This document shows, piece after piece, positions 26,762 to 32,000 of a stretch of 32,000 bases of DNA; the stretch's first letter is position 1, and the number at the start of each line of letters is the position of its first letter. The stretch comes from an uncultured Alphaproteobacteria bacterium (lineage in GTDB: Bacteria > Pseudomonadota > Alphaproteobacteria > Rhizobiales > Rhizobiaceae). The stretch lies in the NCBI GenBank assembly GCA_963711195.1, contig CAVQDK010000003.1:93423-125422 (forward strand). Reading direction: 5' to 3'. The notes below the pieces were generated by a model. That model made no database searches and was not told where the DNA came from. It saw only the letters and a list, made by a program, of their open reading frames with translations. Both the position numbers and the translations under genes were made by a program.

Positions 26762-27979
26762 TCAGGCAACCGCCCGCGACAGGGCGCAACGCGACCACAG
26801 TTCGGACAAGGCCGTCGTCAGGCGGTCCATGTCCTGAGGCGTGTGCAGCGGCGAAGGCGTGATGCGCAGCCGCTCGGTGCCTTCGGGCACCGTGGGATAG
26901 TTGATCGGCTGCACGTAGATGCCGTAGCTTTCCAGCAGCAGGTCGGAGATGAACTTGCACTTCTTGGCATCCCCCACCATCACCGGCACGATGTGGCTCT
27001 CGTTCTTCATGTAGGGAATGCCCATCGCGTCGAACCGCTCGCGCAGAACACGCACGTTGCGCTGCTGGCGCATGCGCTCCATCTCGCTGCGCTTCAGATG
27101 CACGATCGATGCCCGCGCGCCGGCGGCCAGCGCCGGGGGCAGGGCGGTGGAAAAGATGAAGCCGGAGGCGAAGGAGCGCACGAAGTCGATCAGGTTGTGG
27201 GAGGCTGCGATATAGCCGCCCATCACGCCGAACGCCTTGCCCAACGTGCCCTGAATGACCGTTACCCGGTCCATCAGGCCTTCCCGCTCCGCGATGCCGC
27301 CACCACGCGGGCCGTAGAGACCGACGGCATGGACCTCGTCGAGATACGAGATCGCCCCGTGCTTCTCGCAAACGTCGAGAATCTCCGCCATCGGGCAGAT
27401 GTCGCCGTCCATCGAATAGACGCTTTCGAAGGCGACCAGCTTGGCCACGTCGGGCCCGGCTTCGGTGAGAAGACGGTCGAGATCCTTCGGGTCGTTGTGG
27501 TTCCAGATGTGCTTTGGCGCACGGGAATGGCGGATGCCTTCGATCATGGAGGCGTGGTTTTCGGAATCGGAGAAGATCTCGCAGTTGGGGATCCGCGAGG
27601 CCAGAGTGCCGAGCGCTGCCCAGTTGGCCACATAGCCGGAGGTCAGCAGCAACGCTGCTTCCTTCCCGTGGAGGTCCGACAGCTCTTCTTCCAACAGCAC
27701 GTGGTAGTGGTTGGTGCCGGAAATGTTGCGGGTGCCGCCTGCGCCCGCGCCGCATTTGTCGATCGCGTCCTTCATGGCCTGCAGGGTTGCCGGGTGCTGG
27801 CCCATGCCGAGGTAGTCGTTGGAACACCACACGGTGACCTCCTCGCTCTCTCCCTCGGCATTGTAGCGGGTGGCGCGGGGAAACTGCCCCTGCCGACGTT
27901 CGAGATCGGCGAAGACGCGGTAATTCCCCGCTTCGCGCAAGCCGCTCAGTTCGCTTTCGAAGAAATGTTCGAAATCCAT
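26762..27979 (-). CDS. hemA: 5-aminolevulinate synthase
   Basis: Intact 405 aa. [64 protein letters not shown] (PLP lysine). Confidence 0.95.
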   Translation of the reverse strand: MDFEHFFESELSGLREAGNYRVFADLERRQGQFPRATRYNAEGESEEVTVWCSNDYLGMGQHPATLQAMKDAIDKCGAGAGGTRNISGTNHYHVLLEEELSDLHGKEAALLLTSGYVANWAALGTLASRIPNCEIFSDSENHASMIEGIRHSRAPKHIWNHNDPKDLDRLLTEAGPDVAKLVAFESVYSMDGDICPMAEILDVCEKHGAISYLDEVHAVGLYGPRGGGIAEREGLMDRVTVIQGTLGKAFGVMGGYIAASHNLIDFVRSFASGFIFSTALPPALAAGARASIVHLKRSEMERMRQQRNVRVLRERFDAMGIPYMKNESHIVPVMVGDAKKCKFISDLLLESYGIYVQPINYPTVPEGTERLRITPSPLHTPQDMDRLTTALSELWSRCALSRAVA

Positions 27980-27994
27980 GGATAGTCCCCCAGT

Positions 27995-28822
27995 TCAGTC
28001 AGCCGCGCCGATGGCGGGTCTTGGTTTTTTCGCATGACGCAAGGTCGGTTTCAGATCGGTCGCAGGCGCTTCGGCGGGCATCGCCCAGCGCCACAGGGCA
28101 CTGTCGGCCACCGGCAGCACCATGAACCAGTGTTCCAGCACGGCCAGTGCAAGGAAGGTCGTCAGCATGAGCGCGAAGACCGTATCGGTCGCAGGCACGT
28201 GACCGGTCGCGAAGGCCCAGACCGCGGCCAGCAGCGCGACTGTGGACAGCAGCGTGGAGGCCCAGAAGACGGGTCCGGTCCTGTCCAGCCGGAAATAGCT
28301 CGGCAGATGGGCAAGCGCCCGCGGCATCATGTCGACGGAAAAATTGGGTGCGCCGGAAAACAGCGTCAGCTTCGCGCTCACCCGCATGGCCCATAGAAGG
28401 GCGAAGAACCAGAAGGCTTCGAACGATCCGCCGAGGAAGCAGATGAGACCGGTCAGCCCGAGCGCGGCCACCAGCGCGTATTCGTGGTGGTCCACCGCCG
28501 CGAAAGCCTGTTTGAAGCGTTTCACCCCGGTAGCACCACGCCCGCAGGCCACGGTGCGTGAGCCGGTGATCCGCCCGGACAGGAAGGTGAACTCGACCCA
28601 GGCCCAAACGGCGAGCGCCGAGACCAATGCGAGATAGGGCGTGTGCGAACCCACGCCACGCGCGCTGGCATAGGTGCCCGCAAGACCGAGAAAAGCCACG
28701 CCGGTCATGAGCCCGAACGACCCGCGCCCGCGCCCCCGTTCGCCGCCTGCCAGCCACAGAACCGCCCCGGTGGAAAACCACCAGACGGCTATGACGAACA
28801 GGATCGGGACGAGGATTGTCAT
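27995..28822 (-). CDS. puhE: Photosynthetic complex assembly protein PuhE
   Basis: Intact 275-aa polytopic membrane protein. Start MTILVPILFVIAVWWFSTGAVLWL and conserved LEHWFMVLP near the C-terminus. Position between acsF and hemA as in other PGCs. Confidence 0.82.
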   Translation of the reverse strand: MTILVPILFVIAVWWFSTGAVLWLAGGERGRGRGSFGLMTGVAFLGLAGTYASARGVGSHTPYLALVSALAVWAWVEFTFLSGRITGSRTVACGRGATGVKRFKQAFAAVDHHEYALVAALGLTGLICFLGGSFEAFWFFALLWAMRVSAKLTLFSGAPNFSVDMMPRALAHLPSYFRLDRTGPVFWASTLLSTVALLAAVWAFATGHVPATDTVFALMLTTFLALAVLEHWFMVLPVADSALWRWAMPAEAPATDLKPTLRHAKKPRPAIGAAD

Positions 28823-28843
28823 GGATGCGCAGCCAGCACCCTC

Positions 28844-29950
28844 CTACCAGGCCGGAACGAGGTGGCTCGTTTCCGGTATCTCGTTCTTGTTGGTGGGCAG
28901 CATGTAGAGCCGCGCGAAGTTGGTCGCAGCCGCCGCCATCAGCCTGGCCTTCTTGGCCTTGCCGATGATCCCGCCCTGTTTCTCCGCTGCCTGCATGGCG
29001 ACGGCGATCTCGTTCAAACGGCGCAGCCGGGTGCGGAACTTCGGATTGTCCAGATCGAGGGTGAACGGGAAGCACTGCTTGGTAATCTCGTTGGTGATTT
29101 CGAAGACGCGGAAATCGTATTCCTCGATATCGAGACCGAGCGCCTCGTGGAAATGCGGCCGGGCATGGTCGCGCACATACATGGTGGCATAGACGGCGCA
29201 GAGGAAGAACTTGATCCACAGCTTGTTGTGACCGGCCAGCAGCTTCGGGTCCGCCCGCATCAGCAGCGAGAACGCCTCGCCGTGGCGAAACTCGTCGTTG
29301 CACCATTCCAGGAACCACTTGAAAATCGGGTGGATGCGGTTTTCCGGATGCTTCTCCAGGTGCCGGTAGATCGTGATGTAGCGGGCGTAGCCGATCTTCT
29401 CCGACAGGTAGGTGGCGTAGAAGATGAACTTCGGACGGAAATAGGTGTATTTCTTCGCCTTGGTCAGGAAGCCCAGATTGACGCCGATATCGAAGTCCTT
29501 CAGCGCATCGTTGATGAAGCCTGCATGGCGGGCTTCGTCCCGGCTCATGTAGGAAAACAGCTCCTTGATGTCCGGGTTCGTGCCGCGCCGCTTCATTTCC
29601 TTATAGAGGACGCAGCCGGAAAACTCCGCAGTCAGCGAACTGACGAGGAAGTCGACGAGTTCCTTGCGCAGGCCTTCGGGCAGGGCGTCGAGATCGATCT
29701 TTTCCCACTCTTCATTGCGCTTGAAGTGGCCTCTGTTGGGGTCGCTCTTCATCTCGGCGATGAGCGTGTCCCATTCGCCGCGCACGCTGGACACGTCCGT
29801 CTTGTCCAGCTTGTCGAAATCCGTGGTGTAGAACCGCGGGTTCAGCATGGTGGTTTCGTGGGCGAGTTTGGTGGTCTCGCTCTGGTCGTTCAGGGCGACG
29901 GGCTTGCCCTTGGCGGGTCCGGTAGCAGGAATAGGGGCATGGGCGTTCAT
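28844..29950 (-). CDS. acsF: Mg-protoporphyrin IX monomethyl ester oxidative (aerobic) cyclase
   Basis: ATG 29950 overlaps the upstream stop (ATGA). [10 protein letters not shown], two di-iron E-x-x-H motifs ([10 protein letters not shown] and [11 protein letters not shown]), YKEMKRR. 368 aa. Confidence 0.95.
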   Translation of the reverse strand: MNAHAPIPATGPAKGKPVALNDQSETTKLAHETTMLNPRFYTTDFDKLDKTDVSSVRGEWDTLIAEMKSDPNRGHFKRNEEWEKIDLDALPEGLRKELVDFLVSSLTAEFSGCVLYKEMKRRGTNPDIKELFSYMSRDEARHAGFINDALKDFDIGVNLGFLTKAKKYTYFRPKFIFYATYLSEKIGYARYITIYRHLEKHPENRIHPIFKWFLEWCNDEFRHGEAFSLLMRADPKLLAGHNKLWIKFFLCAVYATMYVRDHARPHFHEALGLDIEEYDFRVFEITNEITKQCFPFTLDLDNPKFRTRLRRLNEIAVAMQAAEKQGGIIGKAKKARLMAAAATNFARLYMLPTNKNEIPETSHLVPAW

Positions 29951-30249
29951 AGGGCTTCCTCCGAAAAGCTGAATTCGCACAGTTCCATAAATTCGAAATC
30001 GCCGGTAGCCCGCGTCCACATCCGTTCGAGCCATCCGGCGCGTTTGACGGTGGCCATGCGGCGGAAGGTCTGCGCTTCTCCGTAGGGAACGGAGATCGGC
30101 TGCCCGTGAACGGTCACCTCGTCACCGGGATTGACGGTGACGCCATCGTCGAACCGCACATGGGCGTGCAGGCTTTCGAACGTGTGTTCTATCTCCACGG
30201 TGCAACCGACATCGATGGTCCGCGCCCCCCGCTTCATACTCGCCAACAT
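29947..30249 (-). CDS. bciE: Small protein immediately upstream of and overlapping acsF; probable aerobic-cyclase auxiliary subunit BciE
   Basis: Intact 100 aa, soluble. ATGA overlap with acsF, and its start lies 4 nt after the puhC stop. The assignment rests on the established finding that alphaproteobacterial AcsF needs a small subunit encoded directly upstream of acsF. I cannot verify sequence identity from memory. Confidence 0.5.
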   Translation of the reverse strand: MLASMKRGARTIDVGCTVEIEHTFESLHAHVRFDDGVTVNPGDEVTVHGQPISVPYGEAQTFRRMATVKRAGWLERMWTRATGDFEFMELCEFSFSEEAL

Positions 30250-30252
30250 CGC

Positions 30253-30720
30253 TCAGGCTCCCTGTTTCGAATGATCTGGCAGAAGGGCGGAAAAACTGGA
30301 GATCGCCACGGGCCCGAACGCATTCAGCTTGATGAAATGACCCGTCTGCGGGTCGATGAAGGACATCTTGCCACTGTCGGTGCGGGTGAGGCGATAGGGC
30401 AAGTCGTAGCGGATGCGTTTGGACGTGCGCTGGAAGGTCATGCTGCGCACGGCCATGCGCAGAAACGCGCCCTCGCCGACGCCGAAACTGCCGATCGTCT
30501 CGTTGGTTTCCGCGTCGAACACGGCAACGACACCGCCGGCTTCGTCCCGAAACCCGATCATGCGCTCGGCCACGGGCACGCCGATCGTGCGCCCGACCGT
30601 GCCCGCACCGGTGGACACAGACCCGACCACCGTGACGATGGCGAGCAACACGACGGCCAACGCTCCGAAAAGCGGCAGCTTGTGAATGCCCGTTATCTGG
30701 TCACGCCGTGGTTGGTTCAT
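30253..30720 (-). CDS. puhC: Photosynthetic complex assembly protein PuhC
   Basis: 155 aa. N-terminal anchor LPLFGALAVVLLAIVTVVGSV, then a periplasmic-type domain with FLRMAVRSMTFQR and GPVAISSF. Position after puhB. Confidence 0.8.
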   Translation of the reverse strand: MNQPRRDQITGIHKLPLFGALAVVLLAIVTVVGSVSTGAGTVGRTIGVPVAERMIGFRDEAGGVVAVFDAETNETIGSFGVGEGAFLRMAVRSMTFQRTSKRIRYDLPYRLTRTDSGKMSFIDPQTGHFIKLNAFGPVAISSFSALLPDHSKQGA

Positions 30721-30758
30721 CTCGTCATTCCTAGCATATCGCGGCTGAAAAAGCGCGC

Positions 30759-31436
30759 TTAAACGGCCACCATTCTCGAATTACCGACAGGTATCGGGGC
30801 CATCGTGTCGTCCGTATCACGCAAATCGACGGTATCGGGCCGCCCTACACCGGCATGGGTCGCCGTCAGCCCTTCGGTCAGGTGGGCCGCCGCTGCGCTG
30901 GCATCGCCGACCGCGCGCATGGCGGGTTGCGGCGTCGCCAGTTTCCACGGACGGGCGTGGGGCCACAACACGGCCCAGGACACTTTCGTGTGCTCCTTCA
31001 GCGTCAGGGCGATCGTACCGCTGTCGGCATCGAGCTGCCGCATGTCCGCGGACAGGATCTGGGAAAACGGGTAGTTGAACGTGACGGGAATGGCGATGCC
31101 GAAGCGCATGACAACCCGCTTGTTGGTGATGGTGTAGATCGTCGTGCGGGCGACCGCCCGGGAGAACCACCAGGCAAGCGCGAACAGGATGGCACCCAGC
31201 ATGACGGCCACGCCGACCGATACGGCGATGGCCCCCATAGCGTCGCCGTCGTAAAGTCCCGTCACCACCCGCCATGCGATCAGCGCGCCGAAATACAGCG
31301 GGATGAACCGGGCATGCAAGACGTGCCGCAGAAAGACGGACGCATCCGGCATACCCTGCCACACGATGTGCTCCCCTTCCGGCAGACGTGCCGGAAGGCC
31401 GGGGACAGGCTCCTTCTCGTAGTCGTCGTGGCTCAC
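30759..31436 (-). CDS. puhB: Photosynthetic complex assembly protein PuhB (two TM helices plus bPH-like domain)
   Basis: GTG overlaps the puhA stop (GTGA). EPVPGLPARLPEGEHIVWQGMP, two hydrophobic helices, TIYTITNKRVVMRFGIA. 225 aa. Confidence 0.8.
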   Translation of the reverse strand: MSHDDYEKEPVPGLPARLPEGEHIVWQGMPDASVFLRHVLHARFIPLYFGALIAWRVVTGLYDGDAMGAIAVSVGVAVMLGAILFALAWWFSRAVARTTIYTITNKRVVMRFGIAIPVTFNYPFSQILSADMRQLDADSGTIALTLKEHTKVSWAVLWPHARPWKLATPQPAMRAVGDASAAAAHLTEGLTATHAGVGRPDTVDLRDTDDTMAPIPVGNSRMVAV

Positions 31437-32000
31437 AGCAGCGGCTCCGAACGGGCAGGCATGGCGTACAGATTGCCGCCACCGAAATAGGCCATGATCT
31501 TCTCTTCCTCCAGCATGGTGATCTGGTCGGGAGAGGCGGTCACGGGAATGTCGGGGTAATGGACCGGAAGCAGGGCGTGAACGTACAGTTCCTTCCCCTT
31601 GCCGCGCGCCACGTTGCGCAGGACGGCGAATCCGTGCGGAATGAGACGGGTCTGACCGCCCGTTTCGATCTCGTAGTAGCGCATGACGGACTCGGTCTGA
31701 TCGACCCAGACGTCCTTCACCACTCCGACGACGGAGCCGTCGGCGGCGATGACGTTGTAGCCGCGCGGGTCAGGGCTCTGGGCGGAGACCTTGTAGGCGG
31801 TGGCAACCCGCAGGGGCACGATCTTGGCCGTGCCATGGGGCGTGAGGTCTGGATGGTCCGGGCGTTCGCACCAGGAAGCCGGGCCCACGCCGTCGATCAG
31901 CGGGTTGCCCGTGGGAATGAGCGGAGCACCGGCGAAGGCGGCCGTCCGCACGGCGGCGATGGGCCGGGTGTCCCGGTCGGCCGGGTGCGGAAAGGTGCGG
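31433..32000 (-). CDS. puhA: Photosynthetic reaction centre H subunit, C-terminal part (5' end beyond the window)
   Basis: The frame is open to position 32000 (RTFPHPADRDTRPIAAVRTAAFAGAPLIPTGNPLIDGVGPASW...). IVPLRVA, VVGVVKDVWVD, RYYEIE, LIPHGF are PRC-barrel motifs of RC-H. Confidence 0.9.
   Translation of the reverse strand, partial: RTFPHPADRDTRPIAAVRTAAFAGAPLIPTGNPLIDGVGPASWCERPDHPDLTPHGTAKIVPLRVATAYKVSAQSPDPRGYNVIAADGSVVGVVKDVWVDQTESVMRYYEIETGGQTRLIPHGFAVLRNVARGKGKELYVHALLPVHYPDIPVTASPDQITMLEEEKIMAYFGGGNLYAMPARSEPLL

Noticed and set aside
26151-27830. 559-aa minus-strand ORF
   Set aside because: Only its last 195 codons (from ATG 26738) are IDI. The upstream part is an alternative frame of hemA, whose own frame (26762..27979) is the conserved ALA synthase.
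27999-29318. 439-aa minus-strand ORF spanning puhE and acsF
   Set aside because: It is out of frame to both PuhE and AcsF, which are intact in their own frames.

Overview
High-GC alphaproteobacterial chromosome segment; hand-counted 60-nt lines give about 65% G+C. Positions 1-2336 carry housekeeping genes: a membrane-anchored cytochrome c, kdsB and pheA. These are followed by a nested inverted-repeat element, an unexplained ~660-bp non-coding gap and a low-GC single-gene islet.

From ~3.6 kb to the window end there is one contiguous photosynthesis gene cluster (PGC):
- bciB-like (minus strand)
- DUF3422-bchI-bchD-bchO-crtI-crtB-tspO plus a small ORF (plus strand)
- crtC and crtD (minus strand)
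- crtE-crtF-bchC-bchX-bchY-bchZ-pufQ-like-pufB-pufA-pufL-pufM (plus strand)
- idi, hemA, puhE, acsF, bciE-like, puhC, puhB and puhA (minus strand; puhA is truncated by the window edge)

CrtJ/PpsR-type palindromes (TGTC-N10-GACA) sit in front of the DUF3422/bciB, crtI, crtD/crtE and bchC transcription units. No pufC follows pufM.

The most striking sequence-level observation is that at least eleven conserved genes in the first ~21.5 kb are each broken by what looks like a single extra base. This includes essential kdsB and several bch/crt genes. Three further genes (crtC, crtD, bchY) have unresolved starts or stops. The last ~10 kb (bchZ to puhA) is clean. I cannot tell from the sequence alone whether this is assembly error or real gene decay. 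The hit in kdsB argues for error.

Candidates for undescribed biology:
- a DUF3422 gene embedded as first gene of the bchIDO operon behind a PpsR operator
- two small single-helix membrane ORFs, one ATGA-coupled to tspO and one in the PufX position after pufM
- the low-GC islet and repeat-bearing non-coding gap at the cluster border

I did not recognise any tRNA, rRNA, CRISPR array or transposase.
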